DNA of 64,000 nt from Octopus vulgaris. Lineage: Eukaryota. The position numbers and the translations under genes are program-made. Under the pieces are notes generated by a model that saw only the letters and a list, made by a program, of their open reading frames with translations, did not search any database and had not been told where the DNA came from. Shown here piece after piece: positions 51,140 through 63,870 of the stretch. The DNA lies in NCBI GenBank assembly GCA_951406725.2, contig OX597826.1, positions 63,488,001 to 63,552,000 of the forward strand, in the 5' to 3' direction. Every line of letters begins with the position of its first letter. Within the stretch, counting starts at the first letter, position 1.

Positions 51140-52674
51140 GAAATGGTGGTGCCACATTTACAGCTTTGTCTTTCCTGGAAGAATTCTATGGTGATAAATT
51201 CTTTTCTATGAAAATCTTGCTAATTCATGCTGGTGGTCTTAGCAAACGCCTTCCAAGTAACAGCATCCTTGGTAAGATCTTCTCTGTTCTTCCTTGTGGA
51301 ATTCCATGCTACCAGATGCTTGACATAAAACTTGCTCTCTACTGGCCTTTTGTACCGAAAATGAATCCTGGAATATTTCTGACTTGTGCAGACGACATTA
51401 TCACATACAACATGGACAATGAAGGCGACTGGTCTCTTAAAGCTGAAGGTTTCACTGCACTGGCCCATCCATCCTCCATCGAAGTTGGAACTGGACATGG
51501 TGTGTACATTGTAAAAGAGAAAAGATCAGTAAATGAAAGTGTGCAGTTAGCTGAATGCACAACGGTTCTGCAAAAACCTTCTATTGAGACAATGAGAAAA
51601 CTAGGTGCTGTGATAGATAACGAAAATGATACCAAGAATTCTACTGTATATACAGACAGTGCATACTTCTTCACAAGTTCAGTTTCTAAGATGCTTCTAA
51701 CTTATGCCAAGAGCCATGGACCTTTCAATTGTGAAATTGATGCTTATGGTGATTTTCTACAAGCCCTTGGCACTGATCCCTTATCTGATTATGTGAACAA
51801 TTTGCAGAATATTACAACAACAAGTGGAGATCTGCTAAATACAAGGAAAGAAGTTTTCAAGCTTTTGAAAGGCACACCTTTAAACCTAATTATTTTGAAC
51901 TCTTCTCAGTTTTTCCATATTGGCTCAATGCCAGAAATGTTACATAATTTTTGCAAAAGTGATAATTTCAAAATTGGTCTTGGCTTGAGCAATGATGCAT
52001 TTAATGTTTGGTTAGATGAACAATCAGAAGAACCAGAGCCTGTCACTAAGAGAAGTTGTCTTAAAGGTAAAAATGAGGGATGTTTGATTCATTCTTTATT
52101 ACCTGTTGGAAGTTGTATTTCTTCGTTAGCAGTATTAGAGTTTTGTAATTTTGATTGTTTAATCCATGTTTCAAAGAACTGTTTGCTGAGCAACTGTGAA
52201 TTCCTTGGATCCAATTCTAAAGAATCACAAATCACAATCCCAGAAAATACCTTTATGCATACAATACCTGTTATTATCAAGGACAATTTAAAGTATGTGA
52301 CTATTGTCTTCCATATTAAAGACAATCTTAAGAAGAGTGTGCCACTCACAGACTTTGCAAACATCCCATTTTTGGGGGATACTTTGGGCAAAGCTGTAGA
52401 TAAATTAAGTATTCCAAAATCTCAGATTGTTTCAGATAAAAACCAACCAGAGGTTAGTTTGTGGAATGTTAATATTTTCCCACTTGCAGACACCATGTCA
52501 GACTCTTTTCAACTGGCATTAGCTATGTCAATGTCTTTTAATGATGATGGTAAGGCCTTAAACCTAGAATCTTATCAATTAGTTTCCATCAATTCTATCC
52601 TCAAATATAAATCTATTCACAAAATGCTGAAATATAGACAAAAACTATTTGATAAAATTAATGCTCAATACTAA
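51140..52674 (+). CDS. FPGT: Fucose-1-phosphate guanylyltransferase, terminal coding exon 3
   Basis: Acceptor tttctcttcAG. Motifs GNGGAT, ILLIHAGGLSKRLP, LGKIF, PGIFLTCADD, HGVY, LQKPS, EIDAYGDFLQALG and FFHIGS, ending in TAA. Spliced CDS is 73+174+1535=1782 nt, or 593 aa. Confidence 0.97.
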
Positions 52675-52742
52675 ATTTCTTTTCTCTACATAGTATATTT
52701 ACTTTAGAACATAATAATAAAAATAATGATGATGATAATAAT

Positions 52743-53112
52743 GATTTGGAGATAGAAATCATATGAATGTGGTATCTTAAAGCTACATTATGTATTCTTA
52801 TTGGAGCAATAGGAATGGTATCTAAAGGAGCAAACAAATATGTTGACCAAATTCTTGGCAGCGAATTGCAAAAGATCATACTTGTGGGTACCTCACATAT
52901 TTCATGTAACTCCTTCTCCATGTATCTGCAGTCTTACTCATTCAGTGTTAATTATTTTATAAAGAAATTTTTCTTATATACACACAGGCATCATCTTTTC
53001 CAATTGCATGGCAACTCATCCATTTGCATCTTTAGTTGCAAAAACTTGTCTCTTGACATCTCTGATTGACACTTGACTGCAATTCATATAAATCAAAGCA
53101 ATCGCAAAATGT
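52743..53112 (+). mobile_element. R4/Dong-like non-LTR element 3' fragment (restriction-like endonuclease tail) between TAA-rich tracts
   Basis: DLEIEII*MWYLK...ILIGAIG....K.....ILGSELQKIILVGTSHI matches the RLE C-terminal pattern. Confidence 0.75.
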
Positions 53113-56100
53113 AATTATAACAATAATAATAGTGTTACTATCAAAACTGATTTTTAAGATTTCCATCAGGGTTTTAACATTTCTAAATATTTGGAGAGAA
53201 ATTCTTTTCTTGATATATTTTTCTTTTTGTTTGGGACATTTTAATTTTTAAAATCTTTGGTGTAATTATATATTTCCTAAATTTCCTAAATATATCAAGC
53301 CAAACTGTTGTACATTTGATGGGGGTTTTTCCCTACAAATGTTTATTTGGGTAATATTTTTGACTGAAGGTCATAATGACATTGGGTTGGATAAATTGTG
53401 ATAAATTTGTGTGAAGTGTCATACTTCTCTCATTTCTGTCCATTGTCATTAAACTTGAGTTAGAGCCGGAAGTTCAAGATGGTCACTTGACCTGCTAGAA
53501 ATAGTAGCTAAACATCTTTCTAGTAGCACTCTATCATCTTAAAAATTTCTGTGTGTAAAGTGTTTTATTCTTCACCAGTGGTGTAGCTAGAGTGTGTCCC
53601 ATCTTGGAACAGACCCAAGGGACGACTCCTCCCCCCGGGTCACCCAGACTATATTGGATTCTAATACAGTAGACCCAGAAGTGCCACCCCCATAGAAAAG
53701 CATCATCCAGGGCAGACACCCTTCCCCAACACGACCTGTTAGAAATAGCAGTAAATCATCCCTGTAATCACATTCTAGCATCTAACAAAAGGAACATTAA
53801 CATTGGACAATGTAACTCTAAATACACTGTTTAAATAAAAGGCGGGATGGTCATGATTGGAATACCTTTGATCATAGGTCTTCTTTATCAGGCCTGATCT
53901 AAAGCTAACTGATACTAACGGCTAGAGATAAGCAAGTGTCTCTTCTAACATTTAAAAAAAATTTTTATTCTATTTTTGTTAAAAATAAATCAAAAAAATT
54001 TTATGTTATTTTATTGTTTTTTATATTTTCTACATTTCATGTTTTGCCTAATCATGGCTGTGTGGTTAAGAAGTCCATTTCCTCACCATATAGATTTAAG
54101 TTCAATCTCAGTGTATGGCACCCAGAGTAAGTATCTTCCATTATAGCTCCTGATTGACCAAAGCCTTGTGAGTGGATTTGATAGATGGAAACTGGAAGGA
54201 GCCAATCACATGTACATGTATTAGTATGAGAGAAGTTTGTGTCTCTTCTTGTCTTGACATCACACATCATCATTTAATGTTCGTTTTCATGCTGACTTGG
54301 GTTAAACAGCTTAACAGGAACTGGCATGGGCTGCACCAGGTTCCATAGTCTGTTTTGGCTTGCTTTCTATAACTGGATGCCCTTCTTAACACCAACCACT
54401 TTACAGAGTATACTGGGTGTTTTTTATATGGCACCATCACCAGTGCTTTTTACATGCACCAGCACCCACACAAATGCTTTTTACGTGGTATCTTGGTTTT
54501 AGGATCTCAATTCTGTTGTGGTGGGCCAGGTCTTCTTCAGTACAGTAATGCACCACATATCTTGGTTTTCTATCATCTCCTTCATATGGCTGTGTTTTGA
54601 GGTCAGCCTTCAATACTCCATCCCATGGCTTCCCTCTTTCACAATTTCCCTGCACTTTAAAGTGGTGGGCACTTCTTTCTTCAACTTATGAAGGTGTTTC
54701 ACCATCATACAAGTAGTATCTTTCATTTCCAGTCTTTAGTCTTTTGTGAAAATGTCTCTGGCCATGGGGAAATATTACCTTGCTTGGAAACAGGTAAGGG
54801 TTAGGACAGGAAGAGTATCTGGACATGAAAAATATGCCTCAACAAATTCTCTCCAACTCGTGCAAGAATGTAAAAGAGGACATTAAAACAATGATGATCA
54901 TTTCTACACTATAACAAATGACACAGCGAGGTTTGTAACAAGCACATCTATTTGGTTTAATTTCTAGTTAGAACTATTCAGTTTTTTACATATCTAAAAC
55001 CATTGGGAATGGCATGAATACCTAAACATCACATTATACACACTACTGTGAGCCAGAATACTGAGCAGTTTTACTTACATGTGAAACTGATAATTAAGCC
55101 TTTCACGATTATGTTTTTAATGAATTGCTGTGCCCTTGCTTATCATCATAATCATCGTTTAACGTCCGCTTTCCATGCTAGCATGGGTTGGACGGTTTGA
55201 CTGAAGACTGGTAAGCCAGATGGCTGCACCAGGCTCCAATTTGATCTGGCAGAGTTTCTACAGCTGGATGCCCTTCCTAACGCCAACCATTCCGAGAGTG
55301 ATAATCAGTAATTAGGAAGAATTTAATAAAATTACCTGCTTTTTTTTATTATTATGAACTAGTAAAGATTCTTATGTAAAATCATAATAATGACTTCAAA
55401 TTTTGGCACAAGGCCAGCAGGCAGAGAAGGGAGTAAGTTGATTACATCGTCCCCCAATGCTCAACTGATACTCATTTTATCAACCCTGAAAAGATGAAAG
55501 GCAAAGTCAACCTCGGTGAAATTTGAACTCAAAATGTAAAGACAGATAAAATGTTGCTAAGCATTTTGCCCGGTGTGCTAATGATTCTGCCAGCTCACTG
55601 CTTTGGTGTATAATTATAATAATGAGCACTAACTGTAAACAGTGCTCAGGTGCAATACACCTCATTAGAAAAGGGGTGAAAGAGGGGGAGAGAAAGCCAT
55701 AAAGAGGAAAATGCACAGTTATGTCAGGAGTAGTGTTGGCAAAATTCAGGAAATGTGGAATTCTTGAAGGGTGCAGTGAACTGACAGCTAACAACGGAAG
55801 CAGGTAGTTTATCCAGAGATTAGACCAATCTGTATGTGTAAATGTAAATATTTTTTTAAAAAAATGTTTAATCTGTGGGGATTATGTTAGTGTGAAAAAT
55901 TTTGTGGATATACACAATATGTTACATTATAACAAGTACCAAAAGAAAAGCACAGCTGGATATGCTGCAAGTTTCAACTATGCTTAGAGTTCCTTCAACA
56001 GCTGTACATCTATCCAGAAACACAAAGCCACAAGTATTAGTGACTAAAGTAAACTGGATAGATCAATTTGTGTGTTTAACATTTTCTTGGCAGCAAGATC

Positions 56101-56236
56101 AAATAGTGTTAAGTTTTTTGTTTTGTTACTGAAATGTAATACAGAAATGTATAGATTTTAAGCCAACACTGTCACAACAAAAGTAACATGTACATCGATA
56201 TGCATAATATGTTCCTTCTTTTCCTGTCAGCAGACA

Positions 56237-57513
56237 TTAGGTCATCATATAAATAATGTGGTTTTCTTTTTTGAACTGCATGAACTAAAAGTTGGAGGGA
56301 GACAGGATAAACTACCTGCATCAACTTGCTATGAAAGCAGGTAGTACTTTCACGTTGATTTATTCTTAGTACAAGTTTTGTAGAGTGCAGTTCAATTTTA
56401 ATAGTTATTTTTTCAAAGCTATAATCATCATCATCATCATCATCGTTGAGCGTCCGTTTTCCATGCTAGCATGGGTTGGACGGTTCAACTGGGGTCTAGG
56501 AAGCCAGAAGGCTGCATCAGGCCCAGTCTGATCTGGCAGTGTTCCTACAGCTGGATGCCCTTCCTAACGCCAACCACTCCGTGAGTGTAGTGGGTGCTTT
56601 TTACGTGCCGCTGGCACGGGGGCCAGGCAAGGCTGGCAACGGCCACGAACGGATGGTACTTTTTACATGCCACCGGCACGAGGCCAGTCGGGGCGGCGCT
56701 GGCAATGGCCACGTTCGGATGGTTCTCTTATGTGCCACCAGCACTGGTATCACAGCTGGAATTTCCATTGCTGTTGATTGATTTTGATTCTCACTTGCCT
56801 CAACAGGTCTTCACAAGTAGAGTTTTGTGTCCCAAGAAGGAAAGGTATGCATAAGTGGGCTGGCTACATCCCATGTAGAGGCCACGGGTTATGGTCTCAC
56901 TTGTCCTGCCGGAGTGGAGTAATAATCATCATCATCATCATCATCATTTAGCGTCCGTTTTCCATGCTAGCATGGGTTGGACGGTTCAACTGGGGTCTGG
57001 GGAGCCCGAAGGCTGCACCAGGCCAGTCAGATCTGGCAGTGTTTCTACAGCTGGATGGAAGTGATAAAGGAGTATATCTGGCATATTTTGCTTTATGAGT
57101 TCAATAAAGGCAACAAAGCAACAGAGTGTGCAAAGAATATTAATGCAGTATATGGGGATCAGACAGTAAGCTTAAGCCAGTGTCAACGGTGGTTCCAGAA
57201 ATTCCAAGCCGGAAACTACAGCCTAGAAGACAAGTCTTGTCCAGGAAGATCTGTAGAGCTTAATGAGGATGTCCTGTAAACCCTGGTGCAACAAAATCCC
57301 AATGTAACTGTTGAGGAACTAGCAGAGAAGCTTGGATATGGTCATTCAACCTTTCATCAACACCCGCGTGACATCGGAAATGTCAGTAAATTAGGTCAAT
57401 GGGTTCCTCACAAATTTTTTGAGCCTAATCATGTGCAGAGAGTGAATGTGTGCTCTTCTTTGCTGTCATGTCTCACAATTAAATCTTTTTTGGGACCAAA
57501 TAGTGACTGGTGA
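56237..57513 (+). mobile_element. Second, 3'-truncated mariner copy interrupted by two RTE 3' ends (56425-57056)
   Basis: Left TIR ttaggtcatcatataaataa. MEVIKEYIWHILLYEFNKG...GQWVPHK is homologous to the 9737-10919 copy. Confidence 0.88.
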
Positions 57514-57549
57514 CTAAAAGCAAATAAAAGGAAAATGTAACAGAAGAAA

Positions 57550-57932
57550 TCTTTATATATAAAAGTAAGGTTGTGTGTCTGTCTCCTACAATTTAGATTC
57601 CTAACTACTCCCACATTTTGCGGTGCAGTTTAACCAAAACCGGGTATCTTATAGTCGTGATTCATATCGAGCCCTTCTGGGTATTAGCGCGTCTACGATT
57701 TAAAAAAAATTTACCATCATTTTTTTCCATTTTAATGCATTTTTTCGCTATTATATAAGGGAAGTAACTCTCTAAAAATGTCTACGATTAGTCAACGATT
57801 TAAAAAAAAATTTACCATAATTTTTTTTTCATTTTTCATGCATTTTTTGCTATTTTTTGGCTATAACTCTCTAAAAATGCTTATATAGTTATTTCCCTTA
57901 CAAACCCGAGCAATGCCAGGCGATACTGCTAG
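57550..57932 (+). mobile_element. Non-autonomous Helitron
   Basis: A|TC 5' end, subterminal hairpin cccgagcaatgccagg, CTAG|T 3' end, and no TSD. Confidence 0.88.
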
Positions 57933-58548
57933 TAAATATATAAATAGATGAGAGAAAAAGAAAATGAAAACTCAATTGAAAGAAGAATTATCATCTGGTG
58001 TCACTGATGCAAAAAAAACCCATTTTTGTTCCTGTAAATAGAAGTTTTAAAGAACAACAAACATTGCACCCAGCTTTGGCTAAGTCACATTATCTCATTA
58101 TGTTAACAATTATTGCAGACATTTATTACATAAAAAATAAAAAACATCAACAACCAAAGAAAAGTGTGTACATTGCCATGGCCAACAAACTCTAAATCGC
58201 TTAAGATAATGTTTTCTTTTCTGGCTTTTTAAAACTTTACAACATTTTTTAATTAAAACTGTTTGCTTTTTTTTTTTTTGTTTCTTTTTCATTTTTATAC
58301 TTTGTAGTTTCGATTCAGATTCTCAGAGAGATACAGATATATGTGTGTGTGTATGTGTGTTATCATTTGTAAAAGAAAGAAAAGAGCACTAAATACATGT
58401 GGTGTATAGTTTATGTATGTTTTTATTTAAACTAAGATTTCAATTGTTATTCATGTCTTCCACTATCTGCAATCTTTCAGAGCATTGTCCAAAAGATCGC
58501 AGGGCATGAAACTCAAATAGCGACCAAAATCTGTGTTTAAAATACACC

Positions 58549-58551
<3 letters not shown>

Positions 58552-58584
<33 letters not shown>

Positions 58585-58607
58585 CACACATATACATATA
58601 TACATAC

Positions 58608-58650
<43 letters not shown>

Positions 58651-58653
58651 TAT

Positions 58654-58696
<43 letters not shown>

Positions 58697-58707
58697 TATA
58701 TACATAC

Positions 58708-58739
<32 letters not shown>

Positions 58740-58747
58740 ATACATAC

Positions 58748-58786
<39 letters not shown>

Positions 58787-58799
58787 TACATACATATAC

Positions 58800-58832
<33 letters not shown>

Positions 58833-58849
58833 TATATACATACATATAC

Positions 58850-58882
<33 letters not shown>

Positions 58883-58931
58883 TATATACATACATATACA
58901 TATATATATATATACATACACATACATACAT

Positions 58932-58970
<39 letters not shown>
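58552..58970. repeat. Compound (TA)n/(CA)n satellite with ~40-bp higher-order period
   Basis: Repeating cacacatatacatatatacatacatataca(ta)n. Confidence 0.95.
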
Positions 58971-58976
<6 letters not shown>

Positions 58977-59128
58977 CCCATATAATACAGTAAATGAATT
59001 GATTGCATCGCAATCCTTAACATTTATGTATTAACTTTGTTGGGTACTTCACTAGCAGTATATTGGATATATGTTATCCCATGGAGAGTTGCATTTACAA
59101 CCCCTATCTCAATTTGTACGTACGTACG

Positions 59129-59161
<33 letters not shown>

Positions 59162-59204
59162 GTATGTAACAAAGTGGAGTTGTAGGGTACCGCACGAGTG
59201 GAAT

Positions 59205-59583
59205 TATATACAAAAGAAGGTTTGAAAATGCAATTTTAAAAGATGTTTATTTACTTTACCAGTTTCACTCTTTGGAAAAAGATTGTCAAAAGTAACATGT
59301 AGAAGTTTGGTTGCGTTAATTATTGGTTGTTGCAAATTGCTACATTACATATATACAGTGTTTGGTAACAAGGACATGTTAAGGACATAAAAAAGTTTGA
59401 ACTTGTTAAACTTTTTTATGTCCTTGTTACCAAAGACTGTATATATGTAATGTAGCAATTTGCAACAACCAATAATTAACGCAACCAAACTTCTACATGT
59501 TACTTTTGACAATCTTTTTCCAAAGAGTGAAACCGGTAAAGTAAATAAACATCTTTTAAAATTGCATTTTCAAACCTTCTTTC

Positions 59584-59590
<7 letters not shown>
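59205..59590. repeat. Long palindrome with ~185-bp arms and 9-nt loop
   Basis: Arms 59205-59398 and 59408-59590 have about three substitutions and one 11-nt insertion in the left arm. Confidence 0.96.
59500..59544 (+). ncRNA. Minimal type I hammerhead fold, U3-A8 core variant (mirror copy at 59251-59295 on -)
   Basis: ttactt TTGACAA tcttt-ttcc-aaaga gt GAAA ccgg TA aagtaa, with palindromic stem III ACCGGT and a GUA triplet. Confidence 0.6.
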
Positions 59591-59647
<57 letters not shown>

Positions 59648-60523
59648 ATACTGAGAGAGAGAGAGAGAGGTGAGTGTTAAGTTACTTTGTATGTGTTCAG
59701 AAGCTGAAGCAGTTGTAATTCTAGAAATGATAAACTACAGTCAACAAACAAACAAACAACAACAGCAGTAGTAGTAATAGTAGTAGTAGTAATAATAGTA
59801 GTAGTAGCTTGTCTGTGTGTCTCTACGGCAACTGTCTCTCTACAAATGACAGATACTAGTTTATTGACATTGTCCATTCTAAGCCGAGATGACATTGCTT
59901 TTGCTGAATTCTTCATTTTTTTTTCTCCAGTTTTTGACAGAGAGAGAGAAGATTGGGAGAGGAGAATGGAAGGGCAGGAGGGAGGAAGGGAAAGGGCTAT
60001 TCAAGAGAGGGATCTTTTTTTTTTTCTTGTTGTTGTTGTCATAATTATTATTATTTAAATATTCATTTGACTATTTTGTTGTCTTTTTAATTTCTCTGTT
60101 TTTTTTTTTCTTCTTTTGACTGTTTAATTTTCTCTCACCAGAAATTTATCTTTTCTTACTTACACACACAGACAAACACAAGCATGCACACACACACATA
60201 CACACACACACACACACATACATACAGTGTGTGAATCCTTCAAAATGAAGATCATTTTATTATATCCTGTGTGTAAATATGACAGTGGAGGAGGTGAGGG
60301 TGAGTGGAGACTACTTCATTTGGGTGGCTTGGGGAAAAAAGGGCTATCTTATTCACTTATCTTTACATATATTCATATTTATATTATTATTATTAACATT
60401 ACATTTTGTTCACATTTTTTTTTTATATTGATTCTCTAAAACTGGTACCAATGTTCGGTGGGTTTTTGTATGAAACAGTCACAACTGAAGTGAATTAATT
60501 CATTTGGTTTGGTTTGGGTCTAT

Positions 60524-60691
60524 TCAGCTGGCCACCTGTGCAGAAACCTCTGGTAAAGGCAGGACTCGGTTCAATTGGCTGTAACACTGCACACAGACTG
60601 GTGCATGGCGTTTGGGGAAATGACCTGGCAGAGGTAGATGAGCAGCGATACAACGGGTACAAAACACCTCACCACACTTCCAACAATGGTA
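60524..60691 (-). CDS. Terminal exon encoding the second half of an atypical FYVE zinc finger, probably a myotubularin-related protein (MTMR6/7/8-like)
   Basis: Acceptor cttctatattttAG, phase 0. Encodes YHCWKCGEVFCTRCIAAHLPLPGHFPKRHAPVCVQCYSQLNRVLPLPEVSAQVAS*. Not in the ORF track. Confidence 0.9.
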   Translation of the reverse strand, partial: YHCWKCGEVFCTRCIAAHLPLPGHFPKRHAPVCVQCYSQLNRVLPLPEVSAQVAS

Positions 60692-60859
60692 CTAAAATAT
60701 AGAAGAAAAAAAAATTTGATAATTTTGACAGATAGATAAAAAAATTTTAATAAATAAATGGATAAATAGATATCATAGAATCATGGTAAAAGTAGAAACA
60801 AACAAATGCTGAAAAAAAAAAAAATGGTTAGTTATGGGGAATTGGAGACAATATATAGA

Positions 60860-61230
60860 GCAACAGCCTAGACGTTTATCAAAAAACTGAATTCCAAGAT
60901 AGATGGAACTTAAGCCCAAATGTTAAGAGCAGTCTAAAACATACATTGGAGAACACGTCTCACCAAGAAACAGCTGTATAGAAATCACCTGCTTGTTTCC
61001 ATCATTATAAGGAAAAGGCACTTGTGCTTTGCAGAACATTGCTGGCAAGCTAAACAAGTGACCTATTGCTATGGATGCCAAAGCATGGCCATACTCAAGC
61101 AGGTCATCAGAACACAACATATGTAGATCAATTCATCGGAGACACTGGATCCCTCTCTGAACACCTCTCTCGACTAATGCAAGACCGAGATGGATGGCAT
61201 GCACAAGTTGAAAATATTTGAGCAAGCTCA
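60860..61230 (+). mobile_element. Degraded RTE/RTEX-like LINE C-terminal fragment in the last intron
   Basis: Remnants FAEHCW and TYVDQFIGDTG....LSRLMQDRDGW. Confidence 0.6.
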
Positions 61231-61829
61231 ACTAGTCTGTGATGAAGACATTCTACATTCGTGATAGAAGAGAAGGTAACAAGAACCAGGGGAATGACAA
61301 GTTATACTGGCCTCAGTAGCATTTGGCCCAAGTACACTGAGGGTTGACCAAAGCCTTGTGAACAGATTTGGTAAATAGAAACTGAAAGAAGACTGGTGTG
61401 TGTGTGAGTGAGAGAGAGAGAAAGAGAGAGCATGCCTTTGTCTCCTTGTCTTGTCATCACATGAAGGTTCTAAATGAGCAATCACTCATTTCCAATCTTC
61501 CATAAAAATATATCTGGCCATTGGAAAATATTATCTGGCTTGCAAAGACATGAGGGTTGGCAACAGGAAGGGCATCTGGTCATTGAAAAATCTGCCTCAA
61601 CAGATTATGTCCAACCCATGCAAGTATGGAAAAGTAAATGGCGGCGGCAGTGATATCCAACGATGACAACGGGTGTGTTACTATTAAATGTTTGATCAGG
61701 TATCTCTGTGACATAGACTTACTATTCTTAGTCTGACCTTGGTGTCAAATCATACATTCTACAGGCTTTGTTTCTCAGTTGTTCAGTGTGGAAGCTTTTA
61801 TACATTTTTATTCAAGTATTGGGTCTCAT

Positions 61830-62206
61830 GGAGGCAAGGTGGTTGAGACCCTTTTGAGCATTGGGCCTCATGGAGGCAAGTGGCTGAGTTCCTTTTGAAT
61901 GTTTGGCCTCACTGAAGCAATCATCATGACCTTTAGCATTATATTGTGCTTGAGAAGAAGACCCATCAAACCACGCAAAAGTGCATGGCAGATACTGGTG
62001 TTACACAAATGGCACCCATGCCCGTGGCATGTAAAAACACCATTACACTCTTGGAGTGGTTGGCGTTAGGAAGAGCATCTAGCTGTAGAAAACCATGCCA
62101 AATCAAACTGGAGCCTGGTGCAGCTTTACAGCATGGCAGCCCAGTCAAACCGTCCAACCCATGCCAGCATGGACAATGGACATTAAATGCTGATGATGAT
62201 GATGAT
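61830..62206 (+). mobile_element. RTE-family 3' end with (GAT)n tail
   Basis: Matches other copies of the family. Confidence 0.75.
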
Positions 62207-62566
62207 TAGAGCATTAACATGTTAGGTGCAGATCATTTGTACTCTGGGAAACCTCCCACCCAAAATAATATTTTAAATAAAAGAAAGAATAACAGGACAA
62301 CAGAAAACACACATACCCTACTGTCACACTGTATATATGCATACTGTCACATTGGACAGTATGATATTGCTATTATATTGGATATATCCATACTGTCTCA
62401 CTGTCTCATTGGACATACTGTCACACTGGACATCTGCATACTGTCATATTGGACATGCCCATACAATCACATCAAACATATCCATACTGTAGAAAATTTC
62501 CAAAATTAAAAAGTAAAACAAAAAAAAGGCAACAAAAATTATAAACTAATCGCAAAAGTTTGTTAC

Positions 62567-62998
62567 CTTCTTTGAAAAATGTTCAAAAGAATATGCACAA
62601 CTACAATTTTGTACATTCCGGAATGGCTTCCAGTCAATAGCAACGGACGCTAATTCTTCATAGAGTTGAGCTTTTGTGAGGGGTTCTGAACTGCCAGTGA
62701 CGCTTGTCAAGGACACTACACTGGATACTAGGCCGTCATCAATACCTGAACGAGACAACTGGGAACTGGATTCATCAAAGCCAGATTCAGTGTCACTCTT
62801 ACCAGCAACGTGATTGTTTTCTGATTCAAAGGACTTGGTGAGGGTTAAGTTGGTACTGCTTAACTTATCTCCACCATTCTCTTCGGTAGGTTCTGTTAGT
62901 AAAACACCGTCAAGAGAGTCCATAGACGAGAAACACTGTAGCTTACGCTGGATCACTTCCTCAGAAATACCCATTCGTTTGCAAAGGTCATTGATTCT
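62567..62998 (-). CDS. Penultimate coding exon (Ser-rich linker and start of FYVE-like domain), probably MTMR6/7/8-like
   Basis: Acceptor ttctttcAG at 62999 and donor AAG|GTAACA at 62566. 144 codons, phase 0. Ends VAIDWKPFRNVQNCSCAYSFEHFSKK and joins YHCWKC in frame. The phosphatase domain is outside the window, so the family assignment is inferred. Confidence 0.88.
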
Positions 62999-63669
62999 CT
63001 GAAAGAAAGAATAAAAAGAATAAAAAAAATCTAAGTAAAGCACGGCAGTTCTCTATGAAATTTAAATTCAAATAATTATTTCAAATTTTGGCACAAGGCT
63101 GGAAATTTTGAGGGGAAGGGCCAATCAATGACATTGACCCCTGTGATCAACAGGTACTTTAAAAAAAATTTTTTTTTCTTACCTGGAAAAGATGAAAAAC
63201 AAAGCTGACAGAACTAGAATTCAGAATGTAAAAAGTTGGAAGAAATGCTGTTATCTTGACAGTTAAAGATACTGGCCCAAGGTGCTACATAGTAGGACCG
63301 AACCCTAAAGCATATAGTTGGGAAGCAAACATCTTTACCACACAGCCATGCTAGGACTACTTGTATGTCATGCCTGGCACACAAAAACATTGCTCCATAA
63401 CCACCTCACCCCCACTATTTTCAACAATAGCAATGTTTATGTAGGCAAAAATTCAACAAACTGTTACACAAAAGACCATATAAAAGCTATCGACTATTCA
63501 ACTGCCCAGAAGTACCTCTAGTACCCTTGGGCATGCTTGTAAAATAGAAAAACAGTGCAGCACCCACGACTTTCAGAAAAATATTTTTTTCACACTCAGA
63601 AATGTCAAAGCATGGAATAAACTACCCTTGTTGATGAAACAAAGAAAGATCCTTCTCGGGTGTTATAGA

Positions 63670-63870
63670 TTCCTAGGGCTGGTTTCCCAGTTTCTGAGGC
63701 ATTGGCATATATATTCCCTGCTTGGAGGAGATGCCAGTCCATCACAGGATTATTCATTTTTGACAGCTGAGTGGACTGGAGCAACATGAAATGAAATGTT
63801 TTCTTCAAGAACACTATATGTCACCTGGCCCAGGAATCAAAATCACAATCTTAGGATCAAGAGTGGAGTC
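63670..63870 (-). mobile_element. Diverged V-domain-type SINE
   Basis: cagctgagtggactggagcaacatgaaatgaa is shared with 12381-12631. Confidence 0.75.

Noticed and set aside
58440-59023. YI/CVY-rich ORFs here and at 4610-5328, 19160-19600, 21505-22122, 33120-33391, 39711-40479 and others
   Set aside because: They are microsatellite translations.
52674-60524. FPGT-TNNI3K-type read-through as in vertebrates
   Set aside because: No ankyrin or kinase exons were seen, and the downstream gene is convergent and unrelated.
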